Source: Cirrosporium novae-zelandiae
Taxonomy: Eukaryota
Reading direction: 5' to 3'
NCBI GenBank assembly: GCA_026023565.1
Contig: JAPETS010000011.1
Span: 186,001-250,000 of the forward strand
DNA length: 64,000 bases
Part shown: piece by piece, positions 1-12,589 of the stretch
How positions within the stretch are numbered: position 1 is the stretch's first letter
How the letters are laid out: each line of letters opens with the position of its first letter
Program-made: the position numbers and the translations under genes
The notes under the pieces: generated by a model
The model's database searches: none
Seen by the model: the letters and a program-made list of their open reading frames with translations, nothing else
What the model was told of the DNA's origin: nothing

Positions 1-1285
1 AATCGGGTTTTAATCGTTCTTTAACGCGGGTATATTAATATTAAATAAAAAACGTTTTAATATAGAATTTCGTATTATTAATATTCCGGGATAATAATAA
101 TTTTCGTATAGTATATATATTTTTCGGTAGCGGCGTATTTTATTTTTATTTAATAAAATTTATTTATTAATTTTTTAAACGTGTATTTTAATATCCGATC
201 TTTTTTATATTTCGGGTATATTCGATACGATTTATCGGGCGATTTTTTTATTTTTTAATTATATAATTAATTATACGTTTTTATAATTTATTTTTCCGTT
301 ATATTATAAATTATATAAATTAACGAAATTTATTTAATTATTTTATTATTTTTTAACGCCGCGTTTATTTTAATCGTTTAATTTATTATTTCGTTTTTTA
401 GTATTTTATAATATTCTAAAATTTATTTAATAATAATTTTCGTTTTTTAATCGATTAAATATTTAATATATTCGTATATTTTTTATACGATCGTTTAATT
501 TTTTTTTAATTTTTTTTTTCGATCCGTCTAATAGCCGTTTGCGAATCAAATAATATTATTATTTTTTTTTCGGGGGTTTTATAATTATTTAGTTACGTTT
601 TAGTCGTTATTTATAAAATTATTTATATCCCCTAAAATTTTATATCGAATATTTTTTTATTTTAATTTAAATAATATTTCCGTATTATTTATAAAAATTT
701 TTCGGTTATTTTTTAGATTATTCCTATTTTTATTTTGCGGTTTTTTAATTTAGATCCGTCCGATTAATATACGTTTTTCCAGCCCTATATTAGCGTCTCG
801 CTGAAAATCTATTATTTTAGCAATATTATTATTTTTTTTAAAAATTTATTTTTTTCGGTTATTTAGATTTTTTTAATTCTAAAAATCGGATTTATTATTT
901 TTTAGATTATCGTTATAATTAAATATTAATTTAATATATTTTTTTTAATTTTTTGGATTTATTAAAAATTTTTTAGCGGTTATTTTTTTAATTAAACGTT
1001 TACGTTTTTTATTTTAAACGTTATCGGTAGTATTAAATTCGTTAAATTTTTTTCGATTTTTTAAAAATACCGAAATCTATATTTTTTTTACGTGGTATTT
1101 AATATTACGTCTGCGGGATATATACAGGCTTTCTATATAATCACTGCTATTGGGGTTATTTTATAGGCCCCCGTTATTAGTCTGGCAAGCCTATTCAGCA
1201 GCTTTTGAAATTCTGCCTGATAGCCGGCTTGCCCCCTCCACCAGACCTCACACCCGTAGATGTAGGTTGACACTATAGTTGCTAC
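1..1285 (-). mobile_element. LINE family A (Tad1-like) fragment A1, 3' part of ORF2, RIP-degraded, runs off the window edge
   Basis: Collinear with 6521-7590 and 47160-48425; reverse complement of ~3515-4800. The less-mutated end (1133-1285) still reads ATIVSTYIYGCEVWWRGQAGYQAEFQKLLNRLARLITGAYKITP, typical of the post-RT region of LINE ORF2. Confidence 0.85.
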
Positions 1286-4200
1286 TTCGTAGCGCTGGAT
1301 ATCAGTAGGATAAACGCAGACGGAAAAATAAAAAACCCGGTTAGAATAATTAACGTCTACAATCAAAAATTGAAAAACGTATATTTTTAAAAATAAAACC
1401 GATAATAAAAATTTAAAAAAACTCTATAAAATATAGAATAAAAACTTATTTTTAATAAAAATAAAATAATATTAATAAAAAATTTTAATATCTATAATTT
1501 AATATAAAAACCCGAATAAATTATTTATATAAACGACGCGTTTTTAATAACGTTTATAAAAAAATAAAATTTAATTATATAAAACGATACCGTCTAAAAT
1601 ATTTAATTCGGAAAAAAATCGGCTCGTTATTTAATAATTGATTTAATAATAATTAATCCCGTTATAGAATTATTTTAGAAATAATTAACGGGCGTTATAA
1701 CCGATAACGTAAATAATAAATTAAAAATTAATGTAAACTACGTTTTTATTTAATTCGAATAAAAAAATTAACGCCTAAAAATAAATTAATTAATCCCGAA
1801 TTCGTAAAATCTAAAATCGCTGGAAAACCCCCAATAATAAATTAAAATTAAATAAAAATAGGAATTTTAAATAATTACGAGAAATATATTAATCGTAAAT
1901 TATATAGAATCGTAATTAAAAAATAAAATATAAAAAGTTATTATTTAATTAAAAATTATTCTAAATAAATATATAAAATCTAAACGGATATACGTTTAAT
2001 CGAAAATTTGATAGAACCCCGAATATACCGTTAAAAAATACGAATATTATATAATATTTAAAAAAACGAAATAAAAACGCCGAATTTATAAAAAAATTAA
2101 AATAATATTTAAAAAATTTATAAAATTAATTAAAATTAAAAAAAAAAATAATAAATCGATTTTTTTTAAATATATATAAAAAAAAACGATTTAAATAAAT
2201 TTTTAAATCCCGAAAATATTTAACGGGAATAAAAAATATTAAAATATTATAAATTTTAAAATTAAAACCCGATACCGGCGTTCCGTATAAAAAACGGAAA
2301 AATAACGATAAAAATTAAAAATAAAAAATTTTTTATATAAAAACGAATTTTTCCGTTATTTTTAAAAAATTCCGAATTTTAATTTTCGATAAAAAAAATA
2401 TTCGTTTAATAATTATTTAAAAAAATAATATAAAAAATATTATACGTATAAAATATAAATAAAATTTTAAAATATAATAAAATTTAATTTAAAATATTCC
2501 GTATATTATAATAATAGAATTTTTATAAAATAATAAAAATAATCTAATATTATTTCTAATTAAAATATTATTCGACGTAATAAAAATATATTTAAAAAAT
2601 ATTATTATTTAAATTTAAAAAAATCGATAAAATATTAATTAAAAATTATAAAATAATAAATTTATTATATTATTTAAATAAAATAATCGAAAAAATTATA
2701 ATTAACGTATTAATAAATATATAAAAAAATTTAAATAAATTATATAATAATTAATTTAAATTAAAATATAATTAAAATATAATCGATATATTTATATATT
2801 TAATATATCGAATAAAAAAAAATTTAATCGAAAATAAATAATTTATATTTTATTTATAAATATAAAAAAAACGTTTAATTATATATTATAATTTAAATTA
2901 ATATAATATTTAAAATAATTAAAAATCGATAAAAATATTATTAAATAAATAATTAATTTTATAATTTAATAAAATATTGAATTAATAATCAACGGAAAAA
3001 TATAATCCCGAATTAATATAAAAACGGGGGTATTATAAAAATTATTCGTATCCCTAATATTATTTTTAATATATTGCAGCGGGTTATTCGCAGCCGTAAA
3101 GCAGGCGATCTTTAGAATTAAAGCCCTATTATTCGTGGACGACGTAAGTTTTTCGACTATTTATATAAATAATAAATAAACCCGGAAAATTATCTAATAA
3201 ATAATAAAAACGGCGGTCCAATAAAAAAAAAATAAATTAAAATTCGATATTTAAAAAATTAAAATTATAATTTTTTTTAAATTACGTAAATACTAAATTT
3301 AAATAAATATTAAACCGAAAATTAAAATCGATAATTATTTAATCGAATATAAAAAAAATTACGTATAATAATTAAACGTATAATTAGACCCGAAATTTAA
3401 TTTCCAGATTTATTACGCCCAGCGTTTAATCAAAATCAGGTACGCGGAAAAAATAATTAAATATATTTATTACCGAAACGGGCTATTTATAGGGTTTGCG
3501 CGTTAAATAGCCGTAACAATTATAATATTAATCTATATATACGGATATAAAATCTGGTGGAAGAGGCAAACCGGCTATCAGATAGAATTTCAAAGATTAT
3601 TAAATAGATTTATTAGATTAATAACGGGAGCCTATAAAATAATCTTAATAATAGCGGTTATATAGAAAATTTATATATATCCCGTAAATATAATATTAAA
3701 TACCGCGTAAAAAAAATATAGATTTCGGTATTTTTAAAAAATTGAAAAAAATTTAATAAATCTAATATTATTAATAATATTTAAAATAAAAAATATAAAT
3801 ATTTAATTAAAAAAATAATCGTTAAAAAATTTTTAATAAATTTAAAAAATTAAAAAAAATATATTAAATTAATATTTAATTATAATAATAATTTAAAAAA
3901 TAATAAATTTAAATTTTAGAATCGAAAAAATCTAAATAATCGAAAAAAATAGATTTTTAAAAAAAATAATAATATTTTTAAAAAAATAGATTTTTAACGA
4001 AACGTTAATATAAAATTAAAAAAACGTATATTAATTAAACGAATCTAAATTAAAAAATTATAAAATAAAAATAAAAATAATTTAAAAAATAATCGAAAAA
4101 ATTTTATAAATAATATAAAAATATTATTTAAATTAAAATAAAAAAATATTTAATATAAAATTTTAGAAAATATAAATAATTTTATAAATAATAATTAAAA

Positions 4201-5376
4201 TATATTTAAATAATTATAAAATTTTTTAAAAAAAAATAATAATATTATTTAATTCGTAAACGGCTATTAAACGGATCGAAAAAAAAAAATTAAAAAAAAA
4301 TTAAACGATTATATAAAAAATATACGAATATATTAAATATTTAATTAATTAAAAAACGAAAATTATTATTAAATAAATTCTAAAATATTATAAAATATTA
4401 AAAAACGAAATAATAAATTAAATAATTAAAATAAATACGGCGTTAAAAAATAATAAAATAATCGAATAAATTTCGTTAATTTATATAATCCGTAATATAA
4501 CGGAAAAATAAATTATAAAAACGTATAATTAATTATATAATTAAAAAAAAAAAAAATCGCCTAATAAATCGTATCGAATATATCCGAAATATAAAAAAAA
4601 TCGGATATTAAAATATACGTTTAAAAAATTAATAAATAGATTTTATTAAATAAAAACGGGATATATCGTTATTAAAAAATATATATATTATACGAAAATT
4701 ATTATTATTCCAAAATATTGATAATACGGGATCCCGTATTAAAACGTTTTTTATTTAATATTAATATATCCGCGCTAAAAAACGGCTAAAACCCGGTTAT
4801 AAAAAATAATAAAAAAATAAAAAAATTAATAATTTAATATAATCGAAAAAAAAAAACTAATATTCGTATTAAAAAACCGAAAATTTTTTAAAAATTAAAT
4901 ACGTTTTTTAAATAATACGGAAATAGGGAAACCCTAATATTAAACCAGACACGAAATAGAAAATCGTGAGACGTACCTGGATTAAAGATAGGTAGAACCC
5001 GGATACGGGAGAGAAAATAATCTAGAAATAGGTATTAGATAAAAACTGGGCCCGTAATAAAAACGCGGAATAAACGTATATATAAATAAAAACGGAAAAA
5101 AATCGAAAATAAATATAAATAGGTTTATTTATAAATTACGAATACCGAAATAACGTTAAAAAATTATCCGGTTAAATAAATCAGATAATTCTAGGAAATC
5201 TAAAAAAAAGGGGGAAATTATATAGCCGAATTAAAAAAATAATTCCCACCACCGTAATTAAAAATAAGCCCGAAAAAAAATATAAAAAAATTTAAAAACC
5301 CTTAAATAGAGTCTGTTATAATTTCTAAGCGATATATAGATATAAAATAATGAATAATCATTATCATTATTATTAT
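1286..5376 (+). mobile_element. LINE family A copy A2, 5'-truncated (APE endonuclease-RT-RNase H remnants, 3' UTR, (CAT)n tail)
   Basis: RT motif remnant ttcgtggacgacgta (FVDDV) at ~3132-3146, GDFN-like remnant ~1475-1495, DGSK-like remnant ~4270. Ends in aatgaataatcattatcattattattat. Many RIP-type stops. Confidence 0.9.
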
Positions 5377-5951
5377 ATTTTTTTCGGGTTTATTTGTAAC
5401 TAAGATAATAGGGGCTAATCCCCCTAATTCGGCTATATAATTTCCCTCTTTTTTTGATTTTCTACAGTTATTTAATTTATTTAACCGGATAATTTTTAGC
5501 GTTATTTCGGTATTCGAATTTTATAAATATATTTACTTATATTTATTTTCGATTTTTAATTTTTATTTTTTATGTATATATTTATTCCATTTTTTTATTA
5601 CGGGCTCAATTTTTATTTAATATCTGATTTATTTAGATGTTTTTTTTCGATATCCGGGTTCTATCTATTTTTAATTTAAATAAATTTTATAATTTATTTT
5701 GTCGTATTTAGCCCAGAATTAGCGTTTCTTTACTCCCGTATTATTTAAAAAACGTATCTAATTTTTCGAAAATTTTCGGTTTTTTTAATATAGAAACTAG
5801 TTCTTTTTTATCAGCTATATTAAGACCATTTTCCCTCCGGTTTTTTTACTATTTTCTATAAACGGGTCCTAATTGTTTTCTACCGCGGGTATATTAATAT
5901 TAAATAAAAAATATTTTGATATAAAATTTTATATTATTAATATTTTGGGAT

Positions 5952-8900
5952 GATGATAATGATTATTCATTGTTTTATATCCATATATCGTTTAAAAACT
6001 ATAACGGACTTCATTTAGGGATTTTTAGGCCTTTTTATATTTTTTTTCGGGCTTATTTTTAATTATAGTGGTGGGGGTTACCCCTTTAATTCGGCTATAT
6101 AATTTCCCCCTTTTTTTTAGATTTCCTAGAATCATCTGATTTATTTAACCGGATAGTTTTTTAGCGTTATTTCAGTATTTGTAATTTATAAATAGGTTTA
6201 TTCGTATTTATTTTCGATTTTTTCCGTTTTTATTTACGTATACGCTTATCCCGCGTATTTATTATAGGTCTAATTTTTATTTAATATTTATTTCTGGATC
6301 GTTTTTTTTCTCGTGTCCGGGTTTTATTTATTTTTAATCTGGATATATTTTACGATTTTCTATTTCGTATTTGGTTTAGTATTAAGGTTTCTCTATCTCC
6401 GTATCGTTTAAAAAACGTATCTAATTTTAAAAGAATTTTCGGTTTTTTAATACGAATATTAGTTTTTTTTTTTCGGCTATATTAGATTATTAGTTTCTCT
6501 ATTTTTTTATTATTTCCCGTAATCGGGCTTTAACCGTTTTTTAGCGCGGATATATGAATATTAAATAAAGAACGTTTTAATACGGGGCCCCGTATTATTA
6601 ATATTCCGGAATAATAATAATTTTCGTACGATATATATATTTTTTAATAGCGGCGTACTCCGTTTTTATTTAATAAAATCTATTTATTAATTTTTTAGAC
6701 GCGTATTTTAATATCCGATTTTTTTTATATTTCGAATATATTCGATACGATTTTTTTATTTTTTAATTATATAATTAATTATATATTTTTATAATCCGTT
6801 TTTCCGTTATATTACGGGTTATATAAATTAATAAAATTTATTTAATTATTTTATTTTTTTTTAACGCCGTATTTATTTTAATTATTTAATTTATTATTTC
6901 GTTTTTTAATATTTTATAATATTTTAGGATTTATTTAATAATAATTTTCGTTTTTTAATTAATTAAATATTTAATATATTCGTATATTTTTTATACGATT
7001 ATTTAGTTTTTTTTTAATTTATTTTTTTCGATCCGTTTAATAGCCGTTTACGAATCAAATAATATTATTATTTTTTTTTTAAAAATTTTATAATTATTTA
7101 GATATATTTTAATTATTATTTATAAAATTATTTATATTCCTTAAAATTTTATATTAAATATTTTTTTATTTTAATTTAAATAATATTTTCGTATTATTTA
7201 TAAAATTTTTTCGATTATTTTTTAAATTATTCCCGTTTTTATTTTATAATTTTTTAATTTAGATTTATTCGATTAATATATATTTTTTTAATTAAATATT
7301 TACATTTTTTATTTTAAACGTTATTAATAATATTAAATTCGTTAAATTTTTTTCGATTTTTTAAAAATATCGAAATTTATATTTTTTTTATACGATATTT
7401 AATATTATATTTATAAAATATATATAAATTTTTTATATAATTATTATTATTAGAATTATTTTATAGATTTTTATTATTAATTTAATAAATTTATTTAATA
7501 ATTTTTAAAATTTTATTTAATAACCGGCTTATTTTTTCTATCAAATTTTATATTTATATATATAAATTAATATTATAATCGTTATAATTATTTAGCGTAT
7601 AAATCCCGTAAATAGCCCGTTTCAATAATATATATATTTAACTGCGTTTTCCGTATATTAGATTTTAATTAACCGTTAGGCGTAATAAATCTAGAAATTA
7701 AATTTCGGATTTAATTATATATTTAATTACTGTACGTAATTTTTTTTATATTTAATTAAATAATTATCGATCCTAATTTTCGATTTAATATTTATTTAAA
7801 TTTAATATTTACGTAATCTAAAAAAAATTATAATTTTAGTTTTTTGGATATCGAATTTTAATTCATTTTTTTTTTTTTATTAGACCGCCGTTTTTATTAT
7901 TTATTAAATAGTTTTTCGGGTTTATTTATTGTTTATTTAAATAGTCGAGAAATTCACGTCGTCCACGAATAATAAAGCTTTGACCCCAAAAACTATCTGC
8001 TCTACGGCTGCGAATAGCCCGCTGTAATATATTAGGAATAATATTAGGGATACGAGTGATTTTTATAATACCCCCGTTTTTATATTAATTCGGGATTATA
8101 TTTCTCCGTCGATTATTAATTCGACGTTTCGTTAAATTATAAAATTAATTATTTATTTAATAATATTTTTATCGATTTTTAATTATTTTAAATATTATAT
8201 TAATTTAAATCGTAATATATAATTAAACGTTTTTTTTACGTTTATAAATAAAATATAAATTATTTATTTTCGATTAAATTTTTTTTTATTCGATATATTA
8301 AATATATAAACGTATCGATCGTATTTCGATTACGTTTCGATCTAAATTAATTATTATATAATTTATTTAGATTTTCGTATATATCCGTTAATATATTAAT
8401 TATAATTTTTTTGATTATTTTATTTAAATAATATAATAAATTTATTATTTTATAATTTTTAATTAATATTTTATCGGTTTTTCCGGATTTAAATAAAAAT
8501 ATTTTTTAAATATATTTTTATTACGTCGGATAATATTTTAATCGAAAATAATATCGGATTATTTTTATTATTTTATAAAAATCTTATTATTATAATATAC
8601 GGAACGTTTTAAATTAAATTCTATTATATTTTAAAATTTTATTTATATTTTATACGTATAACGTTTTCCGTATTATTTTTTTAAATAATTATTAAACGAA
8701 TATTTTTTTTATCGGAAATTAAAATTCGGGGTTTTTTAAAAATAACGGAAAAACTCGTTTTTATATAAAAATTTTTTTATTTTTAATTTCTACCGTTATT
8801 CTCCCGTTTTTTATACGGAACGCCGGTATCGGATTTCGGTTTTAAAATTTATAATATTTTAATATTTTTTATTTTTATTAAATATTTTCGGGGTTTAAAA

Positions 8901-11900
8901 ATTTATTTAAATCGTTTTTTTTTATATATATTTAAAAAAAATCGATTTATTTATTTTTTTTTTTAATTTTAATTAATTTTATAAATTTTTTAAATATTAT
9001 TTTAATTTTTTTATAAATTCGGCGTTTTTATTTCGTTTTTTTAAATATTATATAATATTCGTGTTTTTTAACGGTATATTCGGGATTTTATTACGTTTTC
9101 GATCAGACGTATATCCGTTTAGATTTTATATATTTATTTAGAATAATTTTTAATTAAATAATAATTTTTTATATTTCGTTTTTTAATTGCGTTTCCGTAT
9201 AATTTACGATTAATATATTTTTCGTAATTAATTAGGATTCCTATTTTTATTTCGTTTTAATTTATTATTAGAGGTTTTCCAGCGATTTTAAATTCTACGA
9301 ATTCGGGGTTAATTAGCCTATTTTTGGACGGTAATTCTTTTATTTAAAATAAATAAAAATATAATTTAAACTAATTCCTAATTTATTATTTGCGTTATCG
9401 ATTACCGCGTTTATTAATTATTTTTAAAACGGTTTTATCGCGGGATTAATTATTATTAAATTAATTATTAAATAACGAACCGATTTTTTTCCGAATCAAA
9501 TATTTTAGACGGTATCGTTTTATATTATTAAATTTTATTTTTTTATAAACGTTATTAAAAAAACGTCGTTTACGTAAATAATCCGTTCGGGTTTTTATAT
9601 TAAATTATAAATATTAAAATTTTTTATTAATATTATTTTATTATTATTATAAATAGATTTTTATTCCACGTTTTATAAAATTTTTCTAAATTTTTATTAT
9701 CGGCCTTATTCCTAGAAATATACGTTTTTCAATTTTTGATCGTAAACGTTAATTATTCTGACCGGGTTTTCTATCCCCCCGCCTGCGTTTATTATACTGA
9801 TATCCAGCGCTACGAAATAAAAATAATTAATTAAATCGGTTCTTACGGTTATTTTAAAAACGACGTTTTTTCGATTTTTACGTATAATAATAACTGTTTT
9901 TGCGGTTTTATATCCCGTTTAGGCCCCCAATTCGGGCTAATAAAAATCTTACGCCGGATATAATATTTTTTTTTTTAGTTTTTGATTAGGTTCCTGTAAT
10001 AATATTATATTCGTTCTAATTTATATAGCCGATTTTAGGATTACGATCGTTATATCGTATTTTCTATAATAATTATATTATAGTATTTTTATTTATAATT
10101 CGGATATATCGTTATTTATTTATAGTACAGATATTACTGGTATTTTCGATATTATTAGTATTTCGGGTATTATTTACGTTTTTTCCTCCGTTTTTTTTTA
10201 GGGTTCGGGGGTTTTTGGTTTTTAATTAAAGTTTTTTAGATTTATTTTTTTTTAAAGGAATTAATACGTAGAACGATTATATAATATTTTTTCGACGTTT
10301 TTTTTTTATATATTCTGTTTTTATTTTTCGGGTAATTGGGTATTTTCCGTCCATGGTTATATAAAGGCCTAGACAGTTTGTATATTTCAATAAAATATAT
10401 ATATAAACCCCCGTATACGCGGGCTTATATCCTATTATCCGATATCGGTGGTTTTACGTTTCGTGTATTTCCGCGTATATCGTGTATCTAAAGATTTTAT
10501 TTTTATATTCCAGAAATGATTTATATCTTAATTAAACGTATTTTAACTACGTTTTATTTATTTTTAACGTGAATTATCGGGTGTATCGAAATCTACGTTC
10601 TATTAGATAATAATTTTCGATTCTTTATTTTTCGTATATTATAAACGGGAGTTTTATTTTAATTAAAATAATATATTTTTTTAATATAAATCCAGTTCGT
10701 ATTTATTTTTAGCGGTATTTCTCCGGCGTTATTTATACGATTATCGTATCTCGGGATAATTAATAAATATTTTCTAGATTTTTTTTTATTAGATTTAGTC
10801 TATCTGGACCCCCGAATATTTTTAGAGGTATTTTTTATATTTTTATTCTATATAAAATTTTTAATAAACGTATATTTATTATCGCGTTATTTATTTTTAT
10901 TACGATTTTTAGAATTTTTTATTTATATTTAAATATTAATATACCCGTATTAATTTTTTTATCGAATATAATTTTTAAATTGTTTTTTTTATTAATATAG
11001 ATTTCCCGCATCTATAATTTAGGCGATACGTTTAAATCAATCAATTTGGCGTTGATCGCCGTTCTTATTAATATCGTAAAACCCGAATATTCGGTTTTTT
11101 CTCTATTAAAAATCAGTATTTTCAGATTTTCAGTTTTTGTGTCCCCGCCTGCGGAGCCAGCGCGTTTTTTTTTACGGGGCTTAATTATTTGCTATTTTTT
11201 ATTAGATTTATCTGCTATTCTACTGGCTATTTTAGTATAAATAAACCCCGTAGATTCCAGCGTTGTTTTTATAGAAACCTGTTTCGGGGCTTTCGGTGCC
11301 AGCGGTAAAGCCTTTTGTCTGGCTATTTTTGCCGTCTATTGGGGGCTTTTCTGGGTTTTTTTATCCGTCTATATTATTGTCCGCGTGTTAGATATCTACG
11401 ATCCGGTTATTATATCCGCTCGGGATATTATTAAAAAAAATATTATTTTTTTTTTTTTTATTATCCGTTCGGGCTTAATTACCGGGATTATATAATTTTT
11501 ATTTGTAGAATTTTCCGCCCCGTTATATATAATTTCTGCGGTTTTTATCCGAATCTATAGTATTTAAATTATTATTATAATTATTTTTTTAATTATTAGA
11601 AATTCTTATTTAATCACGTATAATTTTTTTTGATTTTTTTTTTAAATTTTTATAATTTTATTATTTCGTTTTTTTAGAACGATTATTCGGATTTCCAGAC
11701 CGAAAAATATCTCCCGTAATTATACCGTAAAATCGTCGGTTTTTAGAATCTAATATATTTTTTTCCCGATTGTAAAAAATATATATATTATTATATATCT
11801 AATCGTTTATTCGATTAAAATATCCCGGTTATTAATTTATTTTTTTTTAGAACTTTTTTTTTTTCGTAAAATCTTTCGATGATATTTCCCCGTTTAATCG

Positions 11901-12170
11901 TTTTTTTTCTAGAATAGAGATCGTAGTACCGAATCGCTAGATTTTATTATAAAATTTTATTCCGGTTCGTTCGATTCGTTTTTTAGACGTTGTCGTTTTT
12001 TCGTATCCGTTTGGTTCTCGCTAATAATACGTACGTTCCCAGCCCCCGATATTTCCCTACTGCTGCTAAACTTTATAAATCTTAAATAAACGTTAACTAT
12101 TTCGTATAACGGTCGTCACAATAGTGAATTGATTTAGTGGCGCGGGATCACCAAAAACGTTTTTTCCGAA
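5952..12170 (-). mobile_element. LINE family A copy A4, near full length (ORF1 + ORF2), RIP-degraded
   Basis: Starts with tail gatgataatgattattcattg and ends at the family 5' motif gcgggatcaccaaaaacgttttttccg. RT motif (cacgtcgtccacgaa) at ~7954-7968. Flanked by an 11-bp TSD. Internal deletion of ~200 bp near 7290. Confidence 0.9.
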
Positions 12171-12438
12171 ATAATATGATCGCCGTTATTATTTACTATT
12201 TTGGGATAATAATAATTTTCGTACTGTATATATATTTTTCGATAATAATATATTTTATTTTTAATTAATAAAATTTATTTATTTTTAAATAATAAAATTT
12301 ATTTATTAATTTTTTAAATATATATTTTAATATTCGATTTTTTTTATATTTTAAATATATTCGATAAAATTTATTAATTATATGATTAATTATACGTTTT
12401 TATAATCCGTTTATTGATTATATTATAGATTATATAAA

Positions 12439-12589
12439 TATTACGGTTCCCTTTTAGGTTAGACTATTAGGGTATAGACCCTAGGCTTATTTTATAAAAT
12501 AAACTTTTTCTTTAGTCTAGATAATCAACCAATCTATATATTATTTAAATCAGAATTTTAGATATTATATGATCTAAAATCCCCTAATA
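12439..12589 (+). repeat. G1a 5' LTR
   Basis: tattacggttccc...cccctaata (RIP-altered TG...CA); aligns with the other three G1 LTRs. Confidence 0.9.

Noticed and set aside
1133..1366. 77-aa ORF as a host gene
   Set aside because: It spans the inverted junction of LINE copies A1 and A2; a chimeric reading frame in a RIP-spared island.
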